Shown: positions 8,630-17,532, numbered from the stretch's first letter. The stretch: DNA of 29,923 bases from Candidatus Doudnabacteria bacterium (GCA_023245915.1 JAHFJK010000002.1:1-29923); one strand, 5' to 3'. The notes: generated by a model from the sequence alone, not told the origin. Translations and numbers: made by a program.

Positions 8630-9739
8630 TTAGCCTTCAACTTCTTCCTCTTCTTCTACTTCAGCAGGAGTAAGCGTAATGTGTTGGGCCGGCATTTCCA
8701 ACGGGTAAGTGGTGGTTATAAAAACCTGAAATTTACCTTGTAAATATTTAAGCAGGAAAGTTCTTCTGGTTTCATCGAGTTCTGAAAGCACATCGTCGAG
8801 CAATAATATCGGCTTGTCATCTCCGTGGCTCAAATATTCCATTTCCAATATTTTTAATGCCAGTACCTGGCTTCTGAGTTCGCCCCTCGAGGAAAAGGGC
8901 GAAAGGTAAAGTCCGTCGCTTTTTAAGAAAAAGTCGTCGCGATGCGGACCTACCAGACAGGCTGCCAAAAGCGCTTCCTTTTTTGCAGCGTTGGCCAGCT
9001 TAAGTCTGAAGTTTTCGGCAATTTCTTCCAGGGTGTTGCCTTCCAGGCCTTCATAGGTAACTTCCACCGGGCGGTGGAAACCGGAAATGGTCGTATAAAT
9101 TTCCGCAATACTGGTGTTTAAAAAATTAATAAACTTCTTTCTCTCTAAAATTATGTAGCTGCCCAAATTTACCAGCTGCTCATTCCAGGAAGCCAGGTCT
9201 TCTCCCTGGCTTTTACCAATTTTCATGTCATTGAGTACACGATTTTTTTGGAATAAAACTTTTTTATAATTAGAAAGAGCGTCCAAATATTCCAAATTAC
9301 TTTGGGAGAGCACCATGTTTAAATATTTCCGGCGTTGTTCCGGGGTTTTGGTGAACATGTCAACATCTGTCGGGTCAAAAATTACCACACTTAAAAACCC
9401 CTGGGCTTCCCGGCGTTTCTTTTTTACCCCGTCAATAAAAAAATTAGCATAAATTTTTTCCCGCTTTTCCAAAAATACTTCCAAGCTATGTTCCTGGCTG
9501 TCTTTTTCCAAAGTCAGCTTTAATTCCAAATTGCCGCAATTTTGTAAAAAGATATATTCATTGTCATCGCGAAAAGATTTAAACAGCGAGGCAAAGTAAA
9601 CCGATTCCAAAAGATTAGTTTTGCCTACCGCATTGGGGCCGGTTAAGACCACGGTATCGTTGTTAATTTTTAAATCCAGCTCCGGATAATTACGAAAGTT
9701 TTTGACTTGTATATTTTTAATGCGCATTTTATTGTCCAT
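8630..9739 (-). CDS. recF: DNA replication and repair protein RecF
   Basis: GPNAVGKTN Walker A, SFR, GPHRDD, SRGE signature, LLLDDVLSELD; alternative start at 9727. Confidence 0.95.
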   Translation of the reverse strand: MDNKMRIKNIQVKNFRNYPELDLKINNDTVVLTGPNAVGKTNLLESVYFASLFKSFRDDNEYIFLQNCGNLELKLTLEKDSQEHSLEVFLEKREKIYANFFIDGVKKKRREAQGFLSVVIFDPTDVDMFTKTPEQRRKYLNMVLSQSNLEYLDALSNYKKVLFQKNRVLNDMKIGKSQGEDLASWNEQLVNLGSYIILERKKFINFLNTSIAEIYTTISGFHRPVEVTYEGLEGNTLEEIAENFRLKLANAAKKEALLAACLVGPHRDDFFLKSDGLYLSPFSSRGELRSQVLALKILEMEYLSHGDDKPILLLDDVLSELDETRRTFLLKYLQGKFQVFITTTYPLEMPAQHITLTPAEVEEEEEVEG

Positions 9740-9810
9740 GAATCACTAATAGCACGAATGACACAAACCAACTATTGGTGTAATTAGTGTCGATTCGTGA
9801 TTGGTGGATA
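9738..9810. repeat. Periodic-arm palindrome (CACGAAT/ATTCGTG core)
   Basis: CACGAAT 9753-9759 with ATTCGTG 9793-9799; CACTAAT 9744-9750 with ATTAGTG 9783-9789. Confidence 0.6.
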
Positions 9811-9811
9811 A

Positions 9812-10912
9812 TTAACTTTTTATTGGCATGACAAGATAAGTATAATCGTTTGTCTCTTCTGGTACAAGTAAACAAGGCGAGCTGTCATCTATGGTTTTTA
9901 TAATAACGTTTTTGGAATCAATACTGCTTAAAGCATCCAACAAGTAATGGTAATTTAAAATCAAAGATACTTCCCCGCCTTCGGCTTTGGCTGCAAGCTC
10001 AACCTGACTTTTGCCTAAATCTGAAGATTCAGCGGTTAACACCAGCTGCTGCTTGACCGGAAGAATTTGAGCCTTGACGCTGTTGTTGTTTTGACTGAAA
10101 ACCGAAACTGTTCTTAGGGCATTAATTAAAGAAGTTTTTTCTGTAGCTAAATTGGTGGAAAAGCTGGTTGGAATGATTTGTTGATAATCCGGATACTGGC
10201 CATCGACTAAACGGCTGATAATTTGGGTTTCGTTAAAGTTAATTGAGCATTGGTTTTGGGAAAAAACCATTTCAACATTGCCTTTTTGATTGCCAATTAT
10301 TCTGGATAGTTCAGCAATGGTTCTTTGTGGTACAATAACTTCTTGCGAACTTGGAGGTTTTTGGGCTAAAACCATTTTTTTTTCTGCCAACCTGTAGCGG
10401 TCTGTGGCAACAATTCTCAACCCTTTATCATCCCAGGCAAATAAAACTCCGGAAATTTCTGGTTGTGTTTGGTTTGTGGAAGCTGCAAAAAACACCTGGT
10501 CAACCGCCTGTTTTAAATCCTGGGAGTTTAAAACTAAGGTTGTGCCGTTTTCCACACTAGGGATAATTGGGAACTCCTCTGGGGGCAGGGTTTTAATTTT
10601 GTTATGGTGGTTGTCGGTTTCAATAAACAATTCGTTTTCTTTGCCCTCTAAAATAATGTTTTGGTTGGGTAGGCTGTTAATCAGATCACTAAAAGTCTTA
10701 CTTATAACCGTAACCGCCCCCTCCTCTTCGGTTTTGCATCTGGTGTTGGTAATAATAGCTATTTCTAAATTAGTCGAGGAAATTTTTAAGGTTCCGTTTT
10801 CAGTTTTTAAAAGCAGGTTGTTTAAAATTGGTAAGGTGTTGGATGAAGATATGATTCTTCCAACTATTACCAGTCCGGCTTTTAGGTTTTCCTGGGTGCA
10901 TATTACTTTCAT
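9812..10912 (-). CDS. dnaN: DNA polymerase III beta clamp
   Basis: Likely start MKVICTQENL at 10912 (366 aa); LPILNN, STNLE, ATDRYRL, SRLVDGQYPDY, YLVMP. Confidence 0.96.
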   Translation of the reverse strand: MKVICTQENLKAGLVIVGRIISSSNTLPILNNLLLKTENGTLKISSTNLEIAIITNTRCKTEEEGAVTVISKTFSDLINSLPNQNIILEGKENELFIETDNHHNKIKTLPPEEFPIIPSVENGTTLVLNSQDLKQAVDQVFFAASTNQTQPEISGVLFAWDDKGLRIVATDRYRLAEKKMVLAQKPPSSQEVIVPQRTIAELSRIIGNQKGNVEMVFSQNQCSINFNETQIISRLVDGQYPDYQQIIPTSFSTNLATEKTSLINALRTVSVFSQNNNSVKAQILPVKQQLVLTAESSDLGKSQVELAAKAEGGEVSLILNYHYLLDALSSIDSKNVIIKTIDDSSPCLLVPEETNDYTYLVMPIKS

Positions 10913-11070
10913 AAAAGTTTTTAAATATTTTAATAATAAGCTGGGTGGATATGTGGAAACAAAAAAAACCTTAATAGAAACAACAATTTCATCAAAATTA
11001 ACTGTGGAATAAATGAGGGGAAAAACCACACTAAGCTTAGCAAGAGAAATAAATTTTTACCAATCCACAA
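10913..11070 (-). promoter_or_regulatory. oriC: Candidate oriC unwinding region between dnaA and dnaN
   Basis: DnaA-box-like 9-mers at 11069-11061, 11011-11003, 10960-10952 and 10952-10944, then CAGC, TTATTATTA and an AT-only tract. Confidence 0.7.
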
Positions 11071-12420
11071 CTATACAAACAGTTTATTCAGAATTAAATC
11101 CATTTCTTGTTTAAAAGATTCCTTTGCAGAAACCAAACCTTGAATTTTGTCCACAGCGTGCATTACTGTGGTGTGGTCACGCCCACCAAAAAATTCACCT
11201 ATAGAAGGAAAGGAGTTGTCCAGCTCTTTTCTTATCAAGTACATAGCTATTTGTCTGGGTTTAACATATTCTTTTTTCCTTGACTGTTTGATTAAATCTT
11301 CCATATTGATATTGTAAAATTCAGCGACCATCTCGGCGATTTTTTTGACTGAAGTTACGCGTTTTTTGGCACTGACAATACCGGCTAAGATTATTTTTGC
11401 TTGGTCAAGCGTCAGGCTTTTGTTTTCCATTTGCTGGTAAACAACCAGCTTGTTTAATGCTCCTTCCAGTTCGCGGATGTTATTAATAACGTTTTCGGCA
11501 ATGTAAAATAAAATTTCATCACTAATATTAACCGCCCTTTTTTCCATTTTGGTTCTAAGGATAGCCAGGCGGGTTTCTAAGTCCGGTGATTGGATGTCAG
11601 CGACCATTCCCCATTCAAAACGGGAAACTAAACGCTGCTCTACTGCCGGGATTTCTTTTGGCGGGCGGTCAGAAGTTATAATAATTTGTTTGCCTTTGTC
11701 ACGCAGTTCGTTAAAGGTGTGGAAAAATTCTTCCTGAAAGCCTTCTTTGCCCGCCATAAATTGAATATCATCAATTAACAGGGCATCGGCGCTGCGGTAT
11801 TGCTTTTTAAAATCGTCCATGCGTTTTTGTTTGATGGCATCAATGTAGTCATTGGCAAATTTTTCGCTGGTAATATACAAAACTTTAATTTTAGCATTGT
11901 TCAAAAGGAGTTTGTGGCCGGCGGCATGCATAAGATGGGTTTTGCCCAAGCCGACTCCGCCGTAAATAAACAGCGGATTGTACTGGACGCCGGGATTTTT
12001 TGCCACTGCCTGGCTGGAAGCATGGGCCAATTCATTATTTTTGCCAATAATGAAAGTTTCAAAAGTATATTTTGGATTTAATCCCGTTGTGCTGGATATA
12101 GCAGCCGCCGAAAAGTTTGGTGTGTCGGTGGCAGTTTTAGACCCCGGGCGGCTTGAGGTTTGAGTTGGTACTAGCATGCCACCCAAACGATATTTAATTT
12201 CTTTAATTTCCGGCGCTAAAGTTTTAAGGGCTTTAAGCATTTCTGTATGATATTTATTTGCAATCCAGTCACGCGAAAATGCGCTGGGCACGCCGACCAA
12301 AATAAAATCACCTCCACGCTCTAAAATGCCGGTATTTTTAAACCAGGTGTTAAAGTTAGCTTTGCTTAAGGAAACTTCTAAACTGCCTAAAATTGCCTGC
12401 CAAAGTTGTTGATTGTTCAT
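11071..12420 (-). CDS. dnaA: Chromosomal replication initiator
   Basis: Likely start MNNQQLWQ at 12420 (449 aa); YNPLFIYGGVGLGKTHL, LLIDDIQF, NIRELEGAL, GGRDHTTVMHA. Confidence 0.98.
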   Translation of the reverse strand: MNNQQLWQAILGSLEVSLSKANFNTWFKNTGILERGGDFILVGVPSAFSRDWIANKYHTEMLKALKTLAPEIKEIKYRLGGMLVPTQTSSRPGSKTATDTPNFSAAAISSTTGLNPKYTFETFIIGKNNELAHASSQAVAKNPGVQYNPLFIYGGVGLGKTHLMHAAGHKLLLNNAKIKVLYITSEKFANDYIDAIKQKRMDDFKKQYRSADALLIDDIQFMAGKEGFQEEFFHTFNELRDKGKQIIITSDRPPKEIPAVEQRLVSRFEWGMVADIQSPDLETRLAILRTKMEKRAVNISDEILFYIAENVINNIRELEGALNKLVVYQQMENKSLTLDQAKIILAGIVSAKKRVTSVKKIAEMVAEFYNINMEDLIKQSRKKEYVKPRQIAMYLIRKELDNSFPSIGEFFGGRDHTTVMHAVDKIQGLVSAKESFKQEMDLILNKLFV

Positions 12421-12423
12421 ATA

Positions 12424-12518
12424 TTCCACAGATACGCCGATTGCACAGATGACACAGATGATGACAAATCTCACTTTAAGAATCTGTGCAGTCAGCAGTT
12501 ATCAGTGTATCTGTGGAG
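12424..12518. repeat. Periodic-arm palindrome (CACAGAT/ATCTGTG core) in the dnaA 5' region
   Basis: CCACAGATA 12426-12434 with TATCTGTGG 12508-12516; GCACAGAT 12443-12450 with ATCTGTGC 12482-12489. Confidence 0.75.
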
Positions 12519-12534
12519 GTATTCTAACAAGCAG

Positions 12535-12611
12535 TTATCAACATGTAAACCAATCAAAAACCCGCTTATCTGAAAGTTAATTTAATTTTGCTGTGAATAT
12601 GTTGTGGAAAA
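12535..12611. promoter_or_regulatory. DnaA-box cluster upstream of dnaA
   Basis: TTTTCCACA consensus match on minus 12611-12603; one-mismatch boxes TTATCAACA 12535-12543 and ATATTCACA on minus 12600-12592. Confidence 0.6.
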
Positions 12612-12642
12612 AATGTGGCCAAATTAAAATGAGATTTTATAA

Positions 12643-12671
12643 TTGACCAAAGGACAAGTTTTCTTTATAAT
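12643..12671 (+). promoter_or_regulatory. Sigma70-type promoter of the rpmH operon
   Basis: TTGACC-17 bp-TATAAT. Confidence 0.7.
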
Positions 12672-12752
12672 CTTAAGTACATCTAAATGGACCAGTCAAG
12701 CGAATTTGCCAAGGTCTATTAAATTTACTAATTTGTAGATTCTATATATTCA

Positions 12753-12887
12753 ATGAAAAGAACCTATCAACCAAAAAAAATTAGAAGAGCCAGGCGCCAC
12801 GGTTTTTTTAAACGCATGCAAACCAAAACCGGTAGAAATGTTTTGGCTAGAAGAAGGGCAAAAGGACGCAAGCGTTTAAGCGTATAA
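12753..12887 (+). CDS. rpmH: 50S ribosomal protein L34 (below the ORF-track size cutoff)
   Basis: [44 protein letters not shown], 44 aa. Confidence 0.97.
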   Translation: MKRTYQPKKIRRARRHGFFKRMQTKTGRNVLARRRAKGRKRLSV

Positions 12888-12965
12888 TATCTACAGATAT
12901 CTTTAATATCTATAAATATCTTAAAAAGATATTGCTTGATATTAGTTGATGTTTATAGATATTAT
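12886..12965. repeat. Periodic-arm palindrome (ATATCT/AGATAT core)
   Basis: Four ATATCT units; AATATCTATAAA 12905-12916 with TTTATAGATATT 12952-12963. Confidence 0.7.
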
Positions 12966-12975
12966 TTTTAATCCC

Positions 12976-13302
12976 ATGCTTAAAAAAGAAAACCGTTTAG
13001 GTAAAACTTCAGAGATTCAAAAAATTTTAAGTAAGGGCAAAGGCGTTTTTAACCCATTTTTCACCATAAAATTTTTACCCTCCAGCAATGAAAAAAAATT
13101 TACCGTCGTGGTTTCAGTCAAAGTTTTCAAAAAAGCCGTGGCCCGCAACCGTTTAAAAAGAATTGTGCGTGAATATTTGCGTAAAAATCTTAAGGCTCTA
13201 AAAAACGGCAGCTACATAATTATTGCCAGGCCAAAAATTAACAGCACACCTGAAAAGCATGTGATTCCTGCTTTTGCTCAATTGCTGGCTAAAATCCGGT
13301 GA
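12976..13302 (+). CDS. rnpA: Ribonuclease P protein component
   Basis: MLKKENRL, VSVKVFKKAVARNRLKR (RNR motif); between rpmH and yidD. Confidence 0.93.
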   Translation: MLKKENRLGKTSEIQKILSKGKGVFNPFFTIKFLPSSNEKKFTVVVSVKVFKKAVARNRLKRIVREYLRKNLKALKNGSYIIIARPKINSTPEKHVIPAFAQLLAKIR

Positions 13303-13312
13303 TAAAAATTTT

Positions 13313-13585
13313 ATGAAGAAAATTTTAAATAAAATCTCTAAAATCAATAAATGTCTACTAATCGTTTTAATAGATATTTATCAGCAAACACTTTCCCCAG
13401 ACCACAGCTGGCTTTCTGCAAAATATCCATATGGTTTTTGCCGTCATTATCCTTCTTGCAGTGAGTATGCTAAGCAGGCAATATTGAAATTCGGGATTGT
13501 GAAAGGCGGATGGCTGTCTGCTAAACGATTGTTAAAATGCCACCCCTGGGCAGAGCCTAAGGTCGATTTGGTCCCTGTAAAATAA
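13313..13585 (+). CDS. yidD: Membrane protein insertion efficiency factor
   Basis: YQQTLSP, CRHYPSCSEYA, RLLKCHPW. Confidence 0.92.
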   Translation: MKKILNKISKINKCLLIVLIDIYQQTLSPDHSWLSAKYPYGFCRHYPSCSEYAKQAILKFGIVKGGWLSAKRLLKCHPWAEPKVDLVPVK

Positions 13586-13688
13586 TTCCAAATTACAAAT
13601 GTCAAATATCAAATCAATTTATAATTTAAAAATTTCAAACTTTGCCATTTAATATTCATTTGAAATTTGTAATTTGATATTTGAAATT
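13584..13688. repeat. Heptamer-periodic palindrome (NNCAAAT)n...(ATTTGNN)n, copy B
   Basis: Four CAAAT heptamers 13587-13614 and four ATTTG heptamers 13658-13685; starts at the yidD stop as copy A starts at the ruvB stop. Confidence 0.85.
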
Positions 13689-13691
13689 CTT

Positions 13692-14417
13692 ATGTCCGTT
13701 CTTCACCTTCTTTATAACGAAATTATCTATCGCCCCCTGCTTAACTTGCTGGTGTTTTTTTACAATATTATTCCGGGACATGACATTGGCATTGTAATTA
13801 TTATTTTGACCATAATCATTCGTTTAGTTTTGGCTCCAAGTTTTCACAGGTCATTGAAAAGCCAAAAAACTATGACTGATTTGCAGCCCAAACTCAACGA
13901 GCTGCGTGAAAAACACAAAGACAACAAAGAAGCGCAGGCCAAGGCCATGATGGAACTTTATAAAGAGCATAAAATTAATCCGCTCTCTTCCTGTTTGCCT
14001 TTGTTGGTTCAATTGCCTATTTTGATTGGTTTGTATCAGGTTTTTAATAAAGCTCTAAATCCAAGTTTTGATATTGCCACCAGGTTAAGCGGTTTGTATG
14101 CATTTATCCACCCGCCGCAAAGTTTAAGTCCTTTATTTTTAAATTTGACTGATCTTTCCAAACCAAATATTATTTTTGGCATTATTGCCGGTTTGGCTCA
14201 ATTTTGGCAATCAAAATTAATGATGCCAAAAACGCAAGGCGCCGATGCTACTACTAAAGCCATGCAGCTGCAGACGACTTATGTTTTACCTGTTTTAAGC
14301 ATTATTATCGCCATTAAATTGCCCGCGGGTTTGCCGCTTTACTGGATAGTGACCACCTTGTTTGCCGTGGGGCAACAGTATTGGATTATGAAAAGGAAAA
14401 CTGATGGACACGGATAG
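13692..14417 (+). CDS. yidC: Membrane protein insertase YidC/Oxa1 (short form)
   Basis: LTIIIRL, LQPKL, ELYKEHKINP--SCLPLLVQLP, GLPLYW. Confidence 0.93.
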   Translation: MSVLHLLYNEIIYRPLLNLLVFFYNIIPGHDIGIVIIILTIIIRLVLAPSFHRSLKSQKTMTDLQPKLNELREKHKDNKEAQAKAMMELYKEHKINPLSSCLPLLVQLPILIGLYQVFNKALNPSFDIATRLSGLYAFIHPPQSLSPLFLNLTDLSKPNIIFGIIAGLAQFWQSKLMMPKTQGADATTKAMQLQTTYVLPVLSIIIAIKLPAGLPLYWIVTTLFAVGQQYWIMKRKTDGHG

Positions 14418-14500
14418 ATTACTGATGCACACGGATTAGTGCTTAGAGAAAAGAGAAAAGCGTTCTATCCTATTCTCTTGTCTCTAATTTCTAATCACTA
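14399..14500. repeat. Composite periodic repeat at the yidC-jag junction
   Basis: CTGATG(G/C)ACACGGAT twice (14401-14415, 14422-14436), then TAGTGCTTAGAG...CTCTAA...ATCACTA inverted arms. Confidence 0.55.
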
Positions 14501-14504
14501 GCGC

Positions 14505-15017
14505 ATGACTGACTATAATAAGATTGAAAAGGTAAAACAAATAATAAATGAAATTTTACAACATGCGGGCATTTCAGGCAGCGTGGAATTTGAAGAAAGC
14601 CTTACTAAGGGCCTGGTTTTTAATATTGCTTCGCCCGATTCTTATCTTTTAATAGGCAGACAGGGCGGCACTTTGCATGCTCTGCAGATTTTGGTGCAGG
14701 CCTTGGCCGCTAAACATTTGCAATCGCAAGAACCATTTTGGTTTAGTTTGGATGTGGATGATTACAAAAGAAAACGCGAATGGTTTTTAAAAGAAACAGC
14801 CAAGGCAGCAGTAGAAAAATTAAAAATGACCGGCCGCGCACAAGCGCTTGAGCCCATGCCGAATTACGAACGCCGCCTAGTCCACGCCTACCTTCAGGAA
14901 CATCACCCGGAAGTGGAAAGCTCAAGTATAGATTACGATCCTTACAGGAGAGTGGTTATAAAGTTAAAAAGGGAGATATCTGTTTATAGATCTTACCTTT
15001 CCAACCCCTCACAGTGA
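14505..15017 (+). CDS. jag: Jag/KhpB (KH + R3H) RNA-binding protein
   Basis: LIGRQGGTLHALQ KH motif, LDVDDY, PMPNYERRLVH R3H motif; downstream of yidC. Confidence 0.88.
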   Translation: MTDYNKIEKVKQIINEILQHAGISGSVEFEESLTKGLVFNIASPDSYLLIGRQGGTLHALQILVQALAAKHLQSQEPFWFSLDVDDYKRKREWFLKETAKAAVEKLKMTGRAQALEPMPNYERRLVHAYLQEHHPEVESSSIDYDPYRRVVIKLKREISVYRSYLSNPSQ

Positions 15018-15026
15018 GGGGGTTTT
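15003..15026 (+). terminator. Terminator at the end of the rpmH-jag operon
   Basis: CCCCTCA-CAG-TGAGGGG followed by GTTTT. Confidence 0.6.
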
Positions 15027-15078
15027 ATAATGAAACGACAAATCAATAGGGATTGTTAAAAATGCCTTAAGGAATAAT

Positions 15079-15867
15079 TTATTTAATTTTTTTTCCCTGC
15101 TCCCACGCCAGTTCAAAAATTATTTTTAAAGAATTGGCAAAGGACGAATTTTTAATTTCAAAAGCTGTATTCTCACCAGGTTTAACGAGCACACCCATGA
15201 CTATGTCATCGTAAATATTTACTTCAGCTGCCGGCAGAAAAGAAAATTTTTCATTTAACCATCTATACTCCTGATATTTTTGGCTATCGGGATTGTTTTT
15301 ATAGTTGTAATTAAAAAAATGCTCGCCTTTTTCGTTTTTGACCACAAGGGAACGTTCTTTAATTTTTAATTTTGTTCTTTCCTTAACATACTCTATTCCC
15401 ATTTCATCAAATTCGGGCAAATAAACACTGAAGTCAATTATAGAATAAATGGTGGACTTGGCCTCCAGAGTATGCCAATAAATATTTTTGATTCCGTCTC
15501 TCCCCTCAAAAAATTTTATGACCGGCTTATTTTCTTTTTTATAAAGATTTTGCAAATCCGGTAATACTTCGCTTATGTCTGTCAGGCGTCTTTCGGCCTG
15601 GTTTTTTTTGTTTTCTAAGTATCGCCTTAATCGGGACGGCGGTTCGGCAACGTATCTCTGCTTTTTGCTTCCAACAGTCGTTCGGTTAATTAGGCCATAT
15701 AAAGCCAGCCTCTCCAAAACATCATAACCAGTAGTTCTATTGAGCTGTGCGGATTTGCTTATTTCGCTCACTGTTCCCTGCCCCAATTCTAATATAGCCA
15801 GATAAACTTTGGTTTCGTTTGGTTGCAATCCCAAAGATTGTAGATTTTCTGATATTTTATAATCCAT
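15079..15867 (-). CDS. TrmB-family wHTH transcriptional regulator (copy 1)
   Basis: LGLQPNETKVYLAIL...RTT-YDVLERL N-terminal HTH; EG--GIKNIY linker; C-terminal effector-like domain. Confidence 0.85.
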   Translation of the reverse strand: MDYKISENLQSLGLQPNETKVYLAILELGQGTVSEISKSAQLNRTTGYDVLERLALYGLINRTTVGSKKQRYVAEPPSRLRRYLENKKNQAERRLTDISEVLPDLQNLYKKENKPVIKFFEGRDGIKNIYWHTLEAKSTIYSIIDFSVYLPEFDEMGIEYVKERTKLKIKERSLVVKNEKGEHFFNYNYKNNPDSQKYQEYRWLNEKFSFLPAAEVNIYDDIVMGVLVKPGENTAFEIKNSSFANSLKIIFELAWEQGKKIK

Positions 15868-15943
15868 TCAATAAATAAAGTGTCAAATTATTCCGACAAA
15901 AATTAATTTTAAATAATAATAAGCTTTAAATAAAGCTAATTTT

Positions 15944-15995
15944 ATTATATCAAATGATGAAACTTATTGTCAATTTTATAAATTTAGACTATATT
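15944..15995. promoter_or_regulatory. Back-to-back promoters with overlapping -35 elements
   Basis: Minus: TTGACA (15973-15968), 18 bp, TATAAT (15949-15944). Plus: TTGTCA (15967-15972), 17 bp, TATATT (15990-15995). Confidence 0.65.
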
Positions 15996-16044
15996 TCCGA
16001 GTTAAAACAAAAAACCCGGCGGGGATACGCATAAAGGGGGATAG

Positions 16045-16776
16045 ATGCAAGTCTTTCAGGCAAGCAATCGAAGAGGCTCTCGCATGAGAAGAGCCCTTAA
16101 TTATTTAGGTCAGTTGCGGATTTATTCGCTGGTTGATCTGATACTCATGCTACGGGCAGTCTCGCAATTCTCCAAGCCATTTTTGGGAGCAGTATTTTTG
16201 TGGATAGGGTTTCTGGCATTTTTGGAATCCATCCACAAAGACAAAGGCCGCGAGCCAGTGAATCAGACATTCGCTTGGCTAGTCTGGCTTCAGGCTTGCA
16301 TCTTCTTGGGAGACAGTAGCGAGATAATACCTTTATACATTGTTTTCTCTATACTTTATTCTTTTAAGAAGCGCTGGTACTGGGCTAGGTTGTCCCCATT
16401 GTTGAGAGGTTTGCAGACTATAGCAATCGTGGTTCTTGTTTCCCCTTCGGAAATAAAATGGTATTGGCTTGCAGCCACTGCACTTTTAATTGCCATCCGA
16501 AATTTTTGGGGAGATGCACGCGACATTGTGCAGGATGAGAAAGAGGGGATAAAAACCTGGCCTATTTACTTTGAGATGCAGCAGCGTCCCCTAGCTCACT
16601 TATTTTGCACATTAGGCACTACGGCCGCGTGGTGGGCCTATGCCGGCGACCTGTCGCTAAAGTGGCTGCTACTTGTCTGGGTTGTCGAGGCTTCAACCTA
16701 TTTGCTTACTCCCAGACAATCAAACAACAAAACAGCTCAAGGTTTGAGCAAAATCCTTCATATTGTATGGAGGTAG
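16045..16776 (+). CDS. Polytopic membrane protein, divergent UbiA prenyltransferase-like
   Basis: Multiple TM helices; GDARDIVQDEKEGIKTWP matches the second UbiA Asp-rich motif; SD-like AAAGGGGG upstream. Confidence 0.6.
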   Translation: MQVFQASNRRGSRMRRALNYLGQLRIYSLVDLILMLRAVSQFSKPFLGAVFLWIGFLAFLESIHKDKGREPVNQTFAWLVWLQACIFLGDSSEIIPLYIVFSILYSFKKRWYWARLSPLLRGLQTIAIVVLVSPSEIKWYWLAATALLIAIRNFWGDARDIVQDEKEGIKTWPIYFEMQQRPLAHLFCTLGTTAAWWAYAGDLSLKWLLLVWVVEASTYLLTPRQSNNKTAQGLSKILHIVWR

Positions 16777-16804
16777 GCGGAACGCTTCGTGCGGACCGCC
16801 TTTT
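16775..16804 (+). terminator. Terminator after the UbiA-like gene
   Basis: AGGCGG...CCGCCT stem with an inner CGC/GCG stem, then TTT. Confidence 0.55.
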
Positions 16805-16807
16805 CGT

Positions 16808-16872
16808 TTATATGGCTAGTGACAGAACCATCCAAAACACCACCGTAAGCTTGTTTTTTAAAAATTGGGTTG
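16808..16872 (-). repeat. Displaced, diverged copy of the 3' end of the O-antigen ligase gene
   Basis: Translates as ...KNKLTVVFWMVLSLAI* versus ...KNDLAMVFWMVLSLSI* at 17559-17622; 17-bp identical core at 16826-16842 and 17577-17593. Confidence 0.85.
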
Positions 16873-16887
16873 CGTTAGGCTGGCTGG

Positions 16888-16916
16888 TTGACGCCGGACG
16901 ATTTTTAAATTATAAT
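16888..16916 (+). promoter_or_regulatory. Sigma70-type promoter of the TA operon
   Basis: TTGACG-17 bp-TATAAT. Confidence 0.75.
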
Positions 16917-16946
16917 TGCATCAGAGAAATTAAAATTTTTTGGATA

Positions 16947-17201
16947 ATGCTAAAACTATCTCTCAACAAATACATTATTGCCGACCCGGCAATTTGTCAT
17001 GGAAAACCGACCTTTAAAGGTACACGCATTATGGTTTGGCAGGTTTTAGAAATGCTTTCAGCCGGAGAAAGCGTTAAAGGTATCATTAGCGCTTTTCCCA
17101 GCTTAAAGATTGTCCATATACGCGCCGCTTTGGAATATGCCAGCAGTTTAACCAGACAAAATTATGTTATCGTCAACACGGCTGACCCGGTTCTTGCTTG
17201 A
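16947..17201 (+). CDS. DUF433 family antitoxin (VapB45-like)
   Basis: DPAICHGKPTFKGTRIMV--VLEML--G-S---I---FPSL----IRAALEYA; ATG at 16947, 84 aa. Confidence 0.88.
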   Translation: MLKLSLNKYIIADPAICHGKPTFKGTRIMVWQVLEMLSAGESVKGIISAFPSLKIVHIRAALEYASSLTRQNYVIVNTADPVLA

Positions 17202-17532
17202 TGAAAATGTTCGCGCGGAACTGGAAAAGTTTTTACGGCGACGCAGATTAAATCTGCGGTTGGCAGTTAAGGGATCATCCGATCAATTTTTAGCGCGTGT
17301 TTCAAAGAGAGAAAAGCGGGTTTTTGTAACAAATGATACAGATTTTACAATACTGCCCGCGGACAAAATTTTTTCAGTAATCTGGCTGAGACTGCCGCAA
17401 AATAATCCTGACTTGCTCATTGTGTCTTTTGAAAAACTCCTTATGGAATGTAAAAATTTCCAGAGTCGGATTATTATTCTTGAACCTTGGGGTTGGTCAA
17501 GCTTGCCGTTGCCAAAAGAAACACAAATATAA
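17164..17532 (+). CDS. DUF5615 PIN-like toxin (VapC45-like)
   Basis: FLLDENV, SD--L, RVFVTNDTDF, VIWLR; overlaps the DUF433 gene. Confidence 0.85.
   Translation: MLSSTRLTRFLLDENVRAELEKFLRRRRLNLRLAVKGSSDQFLARVSKREKRVFVTNDTDFTILPADKIFSVIWLRLPQNNPDLLIVSFEKLLMECKNFQSRIIILEPWGWSSLPLPKETQI

Noticed and set aside
10913-11029. 39-aa N-terminal extension of DnaN in the ORF track
   Set aside because: It runs through the DnaA-box region; the family start MKVICTQ lies at 10912
12421-12474. N-terminal extension of DnaA (MRFVIICVIC...)
   Set aside because: It is a translation of the CACAGAT periodic repeat; the family-like start is at 12420
3699-13302. Genetic code 25 (TGA=Gly) as in some CPR lineages
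   Set aside because: TGA terminates tsaE and rnpA at expected lengths, and conserved proteins are full length under code 11
5973-13688. Heptamer repeats as a CRISPR array
   Set aside because: No constant 23-47 bp repeat with unique spacers and no cas genes; the units are short tandem arms of palindromes
16605-16946. Long N-terminus on the DUF433 ORF
   Set aside because: It overlaps the UbiA-like gene, a terminator and the TA promoter; the domain starts at ATG 16947
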